Origin: Cenococcum geophilum
Taxonomy: Eukaryota
NCBI GenBank assembly: GCA_050273025.1
Contig: CP158636.1
Location: forward strand, 3,224,001-3,288,000
Direction: 5' to 3'
Length of the DNA: 64,000 nucleotides
The notes beneath the pieces were generated by a model, which saw only the letters and a program-made list of their open reading frames with translations, searched no databases and was not told where the DNA came from. A program made the translations under genes and the position numbers. Shown one piece after another: positions 38,997-51,250 of the stretch. Positions within the stretch are counted from its first letter, which is position 1, and each line of letters opens with the position of its first letter.

Positions 38997-41900
38997 CCCT
39001 TAGCACGTCAATTCGGGTCCGTAGGTTATCGATAAGGGCCAGCTAATTATATTAGCTGAATCTAATACCCATACTCAGAAATACAAAGCTTTTGATTTCA
39101 TAGTATATTGATATATAAGCTTAATCTTTAGAGTCGAGTCGCTTAATATAAGGCCTCTAGCAGTCATCATTTCTATAGAACGGTATTTTGCAGATACTAC
39201 AGCCAAAATAAGTCCTTGGAGCACGCCTACGCCTCTCCCATTCCTTACTATCGCGAGGTTTCCTTATAGTATTTGGTAAAAGCTCTAATAGAGACTTCCT
39301 ACTACCTATACGCTTTACCTAAGTATGTCTGCTACCCTCTATATAAGCTAAGCAATTAATATCCTTAGTAAACAGCTTAATTAGCTTATACTGCGCTATA
39401 GGAACCTATATAATATCATCCATAGAACATTAAGGAAGATGTTTATATATAGGTGCCTTTCGCTTGCGAATTAAGCGTTTAAATAATGTGTTGCGAAGGT
39501 CAATTTGAAATTGCTTATGGCCGTCTTTACAGCTTGCTTGGCAATTGGTAGGAGTGTAGGAAGATAGCAGGAAGCAGTTATTAATAATTATATTAATTAG
39601 GAAGTGAAATAGAGGCTTCTAGGTCCGTATATAGGTCCTTTACGTTGTAAAATATAAGCGTTATTAATCTATAATATCCACCCCATATATATAGTAATTG
39701 TAGTAGAAAATAAAGGTAGGAATAGGTAATTCCTTTTTATCTTTATTGCCAAAGACCTTCCGAGTCTATTTGGCACCGCTAGCAGTAAGGGGAGAATATT
39801 TCTACATGGTAACTTTTATATAGCGACCTGGCGATATATAACGTTATTAGATTTTAAGCCTTATTATTAAGGTATTTGACTTACTATCGTTAACAGTACT
39901 TATAAAAAGCACTACATTGGCGTCCTTCTAAGTAAATTCTATTACTAGGCCGTCTTTGGAAAGCACGCCATATAATTCTCCCTATGGAATTTAAGCCGCG
40001 TAGGTCAATTTAAGGTCTGCGAGCCTTTAGTTAATTTGCTTAGTAGGTACCTTCTTCTTCTTCTCCTTTCCTTTTACAGTTGTAACCACCTTAATATCGC
40101 CTTTGTTGGAATGTATATTCTCCTACAAGGGAGAATAGACGGAGGTTACGTTGTCGCGTCATCGCGTCGTCGCGTGGTCACGGTCTCTGATTAGTCATCC
40201 TTATGATGACTTATTAGCCCCCTACTTAGGCACCGCGATCCTTACGTTAGGAAAACGGGAAGTGGCGCAGGAAATTTGGTTTCGCTAAAAGTGTTTTTAG
40301 GGCCTGGGGCTAGCTTTCCGCTATATTAGCTAACCCCCCCTGGCCCAGGGCCAGCTTTTAGCCATATTAGCTAACCCCCCCTAGCCTAGGGCTAGCTTTT
40401 AGCTATATTAGCTAACCCCCCCTAGCCTAGGGCTAGCTTTTAGCCATATTAGCTAAGCCCTAGAGCTATACGCTAGCACTATGCTAGCTTATAGCTATAA
40501 AATAAATATTATTACTATTATTATATTTATTGCTATTAGGGTATTAAAATCCTAAAGGCCTCCGGGCAGGCTCCTAGCAGGCTTCCTAGTAGGCTCCTAG
40601 CAGGACTTTAATTTTCCTTATTATCTAAATCGTCCGAAGTACCATTAGGTCCCCGCTATATTCCCAACAGCCTCTACACGTGCCTTTACATACCCCTTAT
40701 ATACCTAAATGCCACCTTTACCCTTCCTTCCTTCCTTACATCCTCCCTACTTAGGAAGGCACCAGAACGGTAGCTAGAGGACTGTGACCAGAACTAGACG
40801 ACCGTCGCCAGAACCAGACGACCGTCGCCAGAACTAGACGACCGTCGCCAGAACCAGACGACCGTCGCCAGAACCAGACGACCGTCGCCAGAGCCAGACA
40901 ATAATCGTTTAAACGACCAGCCAGCAAACACCACGATCAATTCAATCGATCGATCGAATCGAACTAGAGCCTTAATATCATCCCATTACCAAATTAAATC
41001 GAATCAAGGCCTCTTAGGGAGGCACCCCAGACGACCACTGTTTAAACGTACAGCCAGCGAACGCCCAGAGAGAACGATTCGAATTAATATAATCAATCGC
41101 AATCAAATCAAGCAGAGCCTTCGATCGGGCCGACCTCTCCCCCGAATTACAGATATAGACAGGTAGGCATAGACAAGTAGGCACGACCGGCAGGCACAGA
41201 CAGGTAGGCACGAACAAGTAGGACGGTCAGACGGTAGGACAGGTAGGACAGGTAGGACAGGTAGGACAGGTAGGACAGGTAGGACAGGTAGGACAGGTAG
41301 GACAGGTAGGACAGGTAGGACAGGTAGGACAGGCAGGACAGGCAGGACAGGCACTAGGCCTAGTTAGGAAATCAGTACATGGCCGGCGGATCATCGGGAA
41401 CGCCGCCAATTGACGATTTGGAGACTCTGCGAGAGATATCCCTTATAGCTACTATTAATTTTAAATTTTTGAATTTTGAATTTTGAATTTTGAATTTTGA
41501 ATTTTGAATTTTATTATAATTATACATATTGCAGCTATAGGAAATATTATATAAAATGTATAAAACGTATAAAATGTATAAAACGTATAAAACGTATAAA
41601 ATGTGTTAATGTTACTAATATGGCCCCGGGCTAGCCCCGGGCTAGCGTAAATAAGTGTACATAAGCAGATCAGCGGATCTAGCTAAAATGACCCCGGGCC
41701 AGCCCCGGGCTAGCCCCTGGCTAGCCCCTACCACCCTCCCGTTTTCCTGACGTATGATCCTCTACTTTCCTTACCTATTAGACAAGAATCAATTTAACAG
41801 TTAATAGGCCAATTAAGTGCACTTGGGTGATACCGACAGCCTTTAAGGTCCCCCTATTCCTCGCGCTTTATTTTAGTTGTTCGAACGGTTCCTACGCCTC

Positions 41901-42957
41901 TAATACTAAGGCCTCGTAGTCGTGTAAGAAGCTTAACGCTTGTAAATAGATTATTAAGCCAAACAACGTGCTTTCTAGGTGGGTAGAGGCGTTCTTCTAT
42001 TTTAGTGTCTTTTTGGAGAAGGAAATTAAGGACTACTACCTACGTCTTCAAAAAGCCTTTATTAATAAAAGATATATCTAAATTAACTAGGCCTTTCTTA
42101 TTACCTTTAGCGTGCCACATAAAGTCTAATATATAGCCGTTGTTCGCCAAAACCTATATTTTAAAGCCTTTAGGTATAAGTTTAGATAGAATATTAATAA
42201 TTTTAGGTGCACGACCTATAAAGCGCTAAATCGTCTTATTAATGGCAAGGTGGGTTCCAGGCGTATAGAGCTTCTTATAAGTAAGCCAAATATGCTTAGC
42301 GAGCTCCGTAACTCTATCAAATATAGTTTTAAATAATTTATCGGTTTTAGGCCATGGTGGTAAGGCCTAAAAGTGATAATTAAGCTGCTAAAATCGGATA
42401 ACTAAAATGTACTCTTTAACAATATACTTCGTGCCATATATATTTAAATCCTTCCAGTAGTCCTCAATACACGATTCTATAGTAATTCCTATATAAATAA
42501 GCACACCAAAGTACGCGTAGAGTTCCTCCTTATATATCGGCTGCCATGTGCGTAGGTATTCTGTTTCCTTATCCAATAGGTAGAGCTTCGCGTGCTTATT
42601 TATCCACTCTACAAGCTTATCTATAACCTCCTCTATAAAGAATAGATTGAATAACTTAAAAGGATTATGTAGATTAACGCAATACGGGAGGTTTGGTGAG
42701 CCATGGTAGTCCCAATCGTTAATATAGAGAGGTTCGAATTCGGGCAACAGCTACGGCTTAGGGGGAGGGGTTTTCGCCGTCTTATTTGGGGGAACGTTAT
42801 ATTAAGTCTTCTGAACAAGATCTGCATCAATTCTAGCACGATTGCGAGGCATAGTGGTGGTGTAATTAATGGTTGAATTCTATATAGAGCACGCGTAGTC
42901 TTAATTCTGGTGTTCGCGCACGGGCCACTTAGTCTACGGACCCTAACGTGCTAAGGG
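38997..42957 (-). mobile_element. piggyBac-like DNA transposon, RIP-inactivated
   Basis: TIR CCCTTAGCACGT plus subterminal GGGTCCGTAG. Transposase remnants PFKLFNLFF...WINKHA...EELYAYFGVLIYIG...IEDYW and PGTHLAI(D)(E)...PKGFKI(W)VLA. Confidence 0.85.
40245..41752. mobile_element. Non-autonomous TIR element (CGT(C/T)AGGAAAA ends, TA TSD) filled with tandem arrays (39-, 20-, 9-, 7- and 10-mers)
   Basis: TA|CGTTAGGAAAACGGGA ... TCCCGTTTTCCTGACG|TA; (CAGGTAGGA)n at 41230-41352; 20-mer AGACGACCGTCGCCAGAACY at 40795-40900. Confidence 0.8.
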
Positions 42958-45900
42958 ATAGTAAACGCTCTTAAACTCGTCCTCCGTATATCCGTTAAGT
43001 AGCGTATCCCTACCCTTATCTATAAACTGCTCCTTTTCCTACTACGTATCCCTCTATTATAAAACCTTTAGGTAATCCCTAATATTATCCTCCTATAGGG
43101 ACTAGTAGCTATTTATCCCTATACCCTTCTACATCTAGTAGAGGTCTATTAGGGTAGTAATGTAGCTATAAACTAAGCGCTAGAAGAGCCGTATCTCGTT
43201 TTAAGGCACGTTATCGCTAACCTTACAGCTTTTTACTTTTAGTAGCCGGCCTATAACCTCCTTAATAAGGAAAAAAAGTAGCTTCTCTTCTATAACGGTA
43301 TTACTATTATAGTACTACTTCTACTTATAAAAGGTCTAGAAAGATACGCGTTAGTTATAAATATACTACTTTATAAAGCACCTACCTACTTACCTTAAAC
43401 TCTTTCTACTTCGGCTTATAATTTAGAGATATATTTTTAGGTTTTTTAGAATATATATATTACGAACGCTTTAAGTACAATATTATAACTACTTGGAGAA
43501 GAGTTGGAGGAAGCTAGTTGGTTAATATAAGCACGGTCTAGGATAAAACCCGTGGAACTATATAACAAGGAATAGTAGCCGAGGTTATATAACGTGCTAC
43601 GTATTAAACGTAAGGAACGAGAGGAACTTACGTACCTTGTATATAACACGTATATCACATATAAGGAGGATTTTATAGGAGTACAGTTATATATTTAAGG
43701 ACCCTTAGTCCCTACCTAGATAGTTTCTTCCTTATAGTAATTCTTAGAATACAATTAGAGTTAATCTGTTAGGCAACTACTCCACTAGTTATTATTACGT
43801 TGTTAACTACTATCTTTATATTTCCTATACACCTAGCCTATTAATAGAACCTATTATAGTTCCTACTACAAGGTTCCGTTATATAATTACTACTATAGTT
43901 ACGGTATTAAATATAGGGAAGTTAAATAATATACTACTAAAAGCAGCCACCATAACGCTATTAACGGCGGCAACTATTTTAAGGTTAGAAGGTAACACTA
44001 ATATAGCGGATACTAACTCGTAACAACCTATAACGGTAAAACAATTATAGGAAATAGTTAACTAGTTAATAGAAAATAATATAGCACTTAAAAATAAGAT
44101 TAACGGGATAGGCGCAGCAAAGGTTAAGTTACTATTAATTAAAAGATTCTTAAGAGAGAGATTAAAGCTTAAAGGATTCCTTACGTAAATACACTTTAAG
44201 GTAATACAGAAAGGAGTAAAGCTGGCAATACCTATGGATCAAATAGCGTATACAGGACTATTCTTAACAGGAAGAGCACTTAAATAGTTTAAGCCTTACC
44301 TTATAGAGATACAGGCAAATGGAATAATAATTATAAACCAGAAAGTACGGTTTATATTCTTAAGCTAGGATAGATTTATAAAACAACTTATATAAATATT
44401 CGGAGACCTAGAGGCAATAACTATAGCGGAAAGAAAACTCTAAAACATTACGTAGCGAACCTTAGCAATTAAGTATATAACACAGTTTTAAACATTAGCA
44501 ATATAAGTTAAGTAGAATAATAGGGCGCTTATAGCATAGTATAAACAGAGACTTAAGGCTAAAGTCTAGAACGTAATTATTTTAATAGAAGATGCGGACA
44601 CCCTAAGGGAACTAATAGATTAAGTGATAAAGATTAATAATAGGATCTACTAAAGGGAACAGACTAAGAGAGGTTAGGATAGAGTTTTATGGTTATATAA
44701 GGCGTAGAGCATATAACAACTAAAGCTAAGTTAGAAACTATAGTATGGCGCAGAGCTAATGGACCTAAGTAGTACTAAAGAAACCTATAAGAGATAGAGT
44801 AAGAAACTATAGAAACCTAGAGGTTAAGGATTAAGTAATTATAGGACTAGGGAGTATAGGCTAAACTAAGGATCTTAGTAGTAGAAGACGTTTAAGCGGA
44901 CTCTATAATAAAAATAATGGTTTAAAGATAGAGCTTATATAAATTATAGAAAATAGGGTTATTTTGCTAGAGACTATAAAAGTAGTTAGAGTTACTATAT
45001 AGTAAAGGGAACTAGATTAGTAGCATATAATATAAACGTATAGAGAGATAATAGTATACTATAAGGAAGAAAAGAGTGTTTAATTAGAAGTTTTACGTTT
45101 TATTATAATAATATATACTAAATTTATAAAGACGCTAAGTACGGTGTAAGCTATTAGCTATAAGAGCTAGAGTTAAAAGGACTTAAAGGAACTAAAGAGT
45201 TAGATAAAAAGTAAGATTAACTCTATAAGCTAGATTAAGATATTACAGTAATATACGGATAAAGATTAGTAACAATAACAATAGAGTTAGAGTACTTATT
45301 AATTAATAGCGATAAGGATAGAAAAGGAACTAACTAGAGGTATCTAAACCTTAATAATATAATAGAGGTAGAGATTGGGACCACTATAAAGCAAGGTTTA
45401 GTAACGGGTATTATAACACTATTAGATACGGTATCTATTGCTTTATAAAACGGAAGGAGTAATATCTAAAGATAATTAAGCAAGTAGACGACTACTAGTG
45501 CTAGCTTACTACTCGATAAAGGCAAAAGGCCAAAGGCTTAAGATTCTTAAGACGAGATAAGAGATGACTAAGATTCTTAAAATAAGATAAGGTATGCTTA
45601 AGGACCTACAATAGACAAGAACCGATAGGATAGAGTAATAGCTTAGTTTAGCAATATATAAATAAGCTTAGGACGAAGTTTCCTAAAGGCATAAGACTCT
45701 TAAGACGAGATAAGTAAGATTTAAGACTCTTAAGATAAGATAAGAATACTAAGTAAGCCTAGTTAGACTAAGGCTAGAGCTAAGCTTAAGTTAGAAGTAA
45801 GCTTAGGGTTAAAAAATCTAAGAGATTAAGAATTTGGAGTATAAATTAGGACACCTATAAGCAAGAGGCAAAGAGCTTCTTTATAGATTAGAGAATCTAT

Positions 45901-47071
45901 AGTATAAACGGCAATTAGACTAAAAGATAGATATATAGACCTAAAAGACTTACTAGGTAAATATAGTGTTTAACCTAAAGATTAAAAAGTTAATATAGCA
46001 ATTAAGAAGTAAAAAAACTTTAAGGATCTAATTATAAGACGTAAATAACAAGAAACTATAGATAAGTTTAAAGCAAGAATTATTACATAGTAAGAATAGA
46101 AACTAGATAAGAGATCTAGCATATTGGGACGTATAAGGGATAGAGCACCTATATAAAGAATCACTAATAGGCCAAGAATAGGTACACTAAGAGCTAAGTA
46201 GCTTACCGAACTGGAAAATAAAGAGGATTTAGGGATTTTTACTAGGTTCAAAGAATAATATATAAAAGGCTATTACGACGCAGTAATAAGAAGATACTTC
46301 CTTACGGATAAGCCGTATATACTCTAGCAGCTGTACTAAAAGTGGTATAGGTAACAACACAATAATAAGTGGGAAGATTTCTATATATAGTTAGATAAAA
46401 AAGTTATCTAAGACCACCTAATTATAGAAAAAGCGATAAATTATATTAAGGGAGCCTTAATTATAACGTTAAAGGATTTAGAGGAACAATTAGAGGACTA
46501 GAGAAGTAAGAGACGCATCTTAGTACCTGCGAATAAAGTTATAACGTTTAAATTAGCATAATAAAGGTTTAAACTTAAGGATAAAGACGAGCTAAGAGTT
46601 AATCTAAAGCACCTGGCACACTATACGCTATTATAAATTATATGCGTAGATAATATATGCGAAATATATAAAAATCCAAAGGAAAAGAATTGGAAATACC
46701 CTATAAGGATATACTAGATAATAGATAAACAATAGTATAAGAATGCTAAGTATATATACGGCTAGCATTTAGCAGAAGTCTAAGAGGAAGGAAACTTAAT
46801 ACTTTAACTAGGAAGATTTCTTACAGAAGAATGCTTAGATAGACGATAATAATAGGAATATCCAGAGAACACCTATCTATAGTATATTAAAGATAAAAAG
46901 TAAACTAGGTATTAGCTAAAGAATAAGCTAAGTATAATAGGATTAAGTAGCTAATAGTTAGGAAAAGTAGAGGCCTATAGAACTAAAGGGAGCCAGTAGT
47001 AGAGCCTTAGACCCTTAAAGGAATTTAAGGATAATACCTAAACCTAAAAGTTAATTAGTAAGATTAATAGT

Positions 47072-48089
47072 AGTAGATTCTTTGATTAACGTCTGATACG
47101 GATCCTATCTAGGCCCACGCAGACTACTCCGTACACAAGGGGAAAGTAATATTGACAGGAAAAACCCCTTGCTATTGGGGGGAGGAAAAACCCTATGAGC
47201 CACCTCAGTAGGATGAAAAACCCCGAATTGCCATGCCTGCACGAGCAGCGGCCCTGCGGGCCTACAGCTCGTCCTCCTCCTTGGATGTTTCAAACTCCTT
47301 GGGAACCACTACTTCCTTCTCTGGCTTATCCAAAGCTAGGGTTCACTACGTCCTAGCTAGGCCTTGCCGATCGATTGCTGTGTGCTTATAGTTGTGCCCC
47401 ATATCTTGACCACCCCTGTATGCTGTCTCTTGTTGACCATTGCTATATACGCCATGCCTCCCCCCCCCTAAGGCCTATTGAAGGCGTAAGGGGGATTCAT
47501 CCGATCTACTATCCTAAAACTAAAAGATAAAAGCGGGATGTGTGTGTGTGTGTGTATCTGGGTATCTTTTGTGCCTAGGCCCCAGTCACTAGGCCCTCTC
47601 TAAGGGCACCACTCCGTCGAGAGGAGACAAGGAAAACCGTACGGGGTTATCCAGCTGCCGCTTTTAGTAGTATTATAGCAGTACGGCAAGTGACCGCATG
47701 CTCCGCGGGCGATCGCCCTAGGGGTTAGGAGGGGCCGTATATTTGCTCGTTCGTTCATTCGTTCGCATTTGCTTATTCGTCGATGTGAGGTTGTTAATGC
47801 TTTCCACTGGGGGACGGGGGGTGATATCGAATACTGTGCATCCATGTTGGATCGTACAGGTGCCCTAGATAGGAGAATGTAGTAGTCGTCGTACTGTAGA
47901 GAGCCAACAGTAGTGGTTTTCAAGATCTCACCATCTGAAAATTTTTCACCACCGCCCTTAACGCCTACAACTACCACAGGTCCTGTCCGCACGCTGTGCG
48001 ACGTCTCTGCGTTAGCTCTGGATCTAAACTTCGAAGACCAGGTTCGTAGCCGTCACCACGTACAGGTGCAGAGTCCGATTTCGACGGCC
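47072..48089 (-). mobile_element. Non-autonomous non-LTR (SINE/SIDE-like) retroelement with 5' ribozyme and LINE-derived 3' end
   Basis: Perfect 16-bp TSD TAGTAAGATTAATAGT (47056-47071 / 48090-48105). Its 3' end GGAGTAGTCTGCGTGGGCCTAGATAGGATCCGTATCAGACGTTAATCAAAGAATCTACT matches the LINE 3' end at 26966-27020. No retroelement ORF seen. Confidence 0.88.
48005..48089 (-). ncRNA. HDV-like (delta-like) self-cleaving ribozyme
   Basis: Manual fold: P1 GGCCGUC/GACGGCU (G1-U wobble); P2 CUCUGC/GCAGAG; P3 ACC/GGU; L3 UGUACGU; P1.1 GU/AC; P4 hairpin CUGG-UCU..AGA-U-CCAG; J4/2 GCUAAC. Length 85 nt; G1 is the first base after the TSD. Confidence 0.88.
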
Positions 48090-49535
48090 TAGTAAGATTA
48101 ATAGTTTAAAGCGTTAGTAGATAGTAGAGCAATATAAAACTATATCTTACTAATAGTAGTTAAAAGGATAGGGCTACTATATAGGCAAAAAGAGCACCCT
48201 TATTTATTAGTAACGATTTTAGGAGATCTAATAGCCTATAGAGGAGGCATTATTAATCTTAAAATAGGACTAATTTAGATAACCATTAAAGGGAGATAAG
48301 TTAAGATATCTTTTAATATATTACTATTAGGGAATAATAAGGTAGTACTAGGAATGCCTTAGTTACAGGAATATAATCTAAAGATTAATTAGGTTATAGG
48401 TTAGGTTAATATTAAAGATATATAATAATATAAGATGTAATAATAAACTAAGTTAGTATGGTACTAAGTTAGAGCGACATATAAGGAAACCAATTAAGAA
48501 TTAAGCTATATACTAAAGAAATACTATAAATATAGCAAGAAGCTATAGTTACAAGAAAGTAAAAAGCTGTTAGATTATATAGTATAGGACTATAAGATAG
48601 AGTTAAAACTAGGAATAAGTCTAAGGTTCTACCTAACTTATAAGTTAACGGAAAAAGAGTTATAGGCACTTAAGGAGTTTATCTAGGAAAATCTTTAAAA
48701 AGGATATATTAGACTATTGCAGTTATTAGCAGGATATCCAGTACTATTCGTACCAAAGAAGAATAGAAAACTTAGGCTATGTATTAACTATAGACAGTTA
48801 AACAGCATTATTAGGAAGGATAGGTATCCTTTACCCTTAATTAGCGAAATCTAAGACAGGATTAGTAATACATAAATCTTTATAAAGATAGATCTAAAAT
48901 AGGCGTACTATTAAATTAGAATTAAGGAAGGCGATAAATAAAAGGCAGCTTTTAGGTTAAAGGAAGGACTATATAAACCACTAGTTATACAATTTAGGCT
49001 TATAAACGCACTAGCAATATTTTAGAAGCGTATTAATAATATATTAAGAGAATACTTAGATAAATTTATTATAGTATACCTTAATAATATTATTATCTAC
49101 TTAATAAGTGAGGAAGAATATAGAGAACACGTTAAATAGGTCTTAAAGAGACTATAAGAAGAATAAATGCTAGTAGCAATTAAGAAATGCAAATTCTTTA
49201 CTAGGAAGACAGATTTTATTAGATTTATTATTAAACTAGGCTAACTTAGTATAGATCTAAAAAAGATTACATCAGGAAATTTTTTTTTGGGCACGTTGTT
49301 GCAAACGAAAATCGGGGTCTGCAAAACCTGCGTAAGTCGCAAATTTGGCAATTTGCGGCGATTTGCAGCAATTTGCTACAAACACATAGGCTACCTATGC
49401 ACGCGCCTACCTTATCTATGTGTTTGTAGCAAATTACTACAAATCGCCATAAATTACCAAAATTGCGACTTACGCAGGTTTTGCAGACCCTAATTTTCGC
49501 TTGCAATAATATACCTAAAAAAAAATTTCCTGATG

Positions 49536-50560
49536 CAGAGGCTCTGCATGAGGCTCTATATAAAGCTCTGCACGAGGCTTTATATAAAGCTCTGCACGAA
49601 GCTCTGCACGAAGCTCTGCACGAAGCTCTACACGAAGCTCTACACGAAGCTCTACACGAAGCTCTACACGAAGCTCTACACGAAGCTTTGCACGAGGCTT
49701 TACACGAGGCTCTACACAAAGCTCTGCGTACAGAGGCTCTGCACGAGGCTCTACACGAAGTTCTGCACGAATTCGTGCACGAAGCTCTGCACGAAGCTCT
49801 ACACGAAGCTCTACACGAAGCTCTACACGAAGCTCTACACGAAGCTCTACACGAAGCTTTGCACGAGGCTCTGTACGAAGCTCTACACGAAGCTCTACAC
49901 GAAGCTTTGCACGATGCTCTACACGAAGCTTTGCACGATGCTCTACACGAAGCTCTGCGTACAGAGGCTCTACACGAAGCTCTACACGAAGCTCTATACG
50001 AAGCTCTGCACGAAGCTCTGCACGAAGCTTTACACGAAGCTTTGGACGAGGCTCTACACGAGGCTCTACACAAAGCTCTGGGTACAGAGGCTCTGCACGA
50101 GGCTCTACACGAAGCTCTGTACGAAGCTCTGCACGAAGCTCTACACGATGCTCTACACGAAGCTTTGCACGATGCTCTACACGAAGCTCTGCGTACAGAG
50201 GCTCTACACAAAGCTCTACACGAAGCTCTGCACGAAGCTTTACACGAAGCTTTACACGAGGCTCTACACGAGGCTCTACACAAAGCTCTGGGTATAGAGG
50301 CTCTGCACGAGGCTCTACACGAAGCTCTATACGAAGCTCTGCACGAAGCTCTACACAAAGCTCTACACGAAGCTCTACACGAAGCTCTGCACAAAGCTCT
50401 ATATGAAGCTCTACACGAAGCTCTATATAAAGCTCTACGAAGCTCTACACGAAGCTCTATATATAGAGGCTCTGCACGAGGCTTTGCGCGAAGCTCTACA
50501 CGAGGCTCTGCGCGAAGCTCTGCATACGGAGGCTCTACACGAAGCTCTACACAAAGCCTT
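49536..50560. repeat. Tandem 12-mer satellite (GAAGCTCTACAC)n
   Basis: About 1 kb of degenerate 12-bp units; source of the EALH/RASC/TKLY pseudo-ORFs. Confidence 0.95.
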
Positions 50561-50724
50561 TGTGTGTGTGCGCGCGACACACTACTATCGGGTCCCCGCT
50601 ATATTCCCGATAGCCTCTATACGTGCCTCTGCCAAGTATACCCCCTATATACACCTAGGTAGCTACCTTATTTTTTACCCTTCCTTACATCCTCCCTACC
50701 TAGGAAGACACCAGAACGATAGCT

Positions 50725-51250
50725 AGTAGACGACCGTCGCCGGAGCTAGACGACCGTCGCTAGAGCTAGATGACTGTTAGAGCTAGACGACCGTCAGAGC
50801 TAGATGACCGTCGTTAGAGCTAGACGACTGTCGCCGGAGCTAGATGACCGTCGCTAGAGCTAGACGACCGTCGCCGGAGCTAGATGACCGTCGCCAGAGC
50901 TAGACGACTGTTAGAGCCAGACGACTGTCATTAGAGCCAGACGACTGTCGCCGGAGCTAGATAACCATCGCCAGAGCTAGACGACCGTTGCCGGAGCTAG
51001 ATGACCGTCGCCAGAGCTAGACGACCGTTAGAGCTAGACGACCGTCGTTAGAGCTAGACGACCGTTGTTAGAGCTAGACGACCGTCACCGGAGCTAGATG
51101 GCCGTCGCCAGAGCTAGACGACCGTTGCCGGAGCTAGATGACCGTTGCTAGAGCTAGACGACCGTTGCCGGAGCCAGATGACCGTCGCTAGAGCTAGACG
51201 ACTGTTAGAGCCAGACGACTGTTGTTATCGCCATACGACCGTCGCCAGAG
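50725..51250. repeat. Tandem 17-20-mer array GAGCTAGACGACCGTCGCC(A/G)
   Basis: Head-to-tail units without unique spacers. Confidence 0.9.

Noticed and set aside
41103..41409. PVL / CPT repeat ORFs; telomere-like appearance
   Set aside because: Translation of a (CAGGTAGGA)n minisatellite inside a TIR element; not TTAGGG and not terminal.
47600..47992. 130-aa ORF within the ribozyme element; also a tRNA-derived Pol III head
   Set aside because: The ORF has a non-ATG start and no recognisable motif; no convincing A/B boxes or cloverleaf at the 5' end, which is fully explained by the ribozyme fold.
49267..50726. Long ORFs of EALH / RASC / TKLY repeats (also at 17-19 kb and 56.8-57.5 kb)
   Set aside because: They are translations of a stop-poor 12-bp satellite open in several frames on both strands; no evidence of a protein.
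50725..51250. CRISPR-like appearance of the 20-mer array (also 40795-40900)
   Set aside because: Head-to-tail repeats without unique spacers, eukaryotic context and no cas genes.
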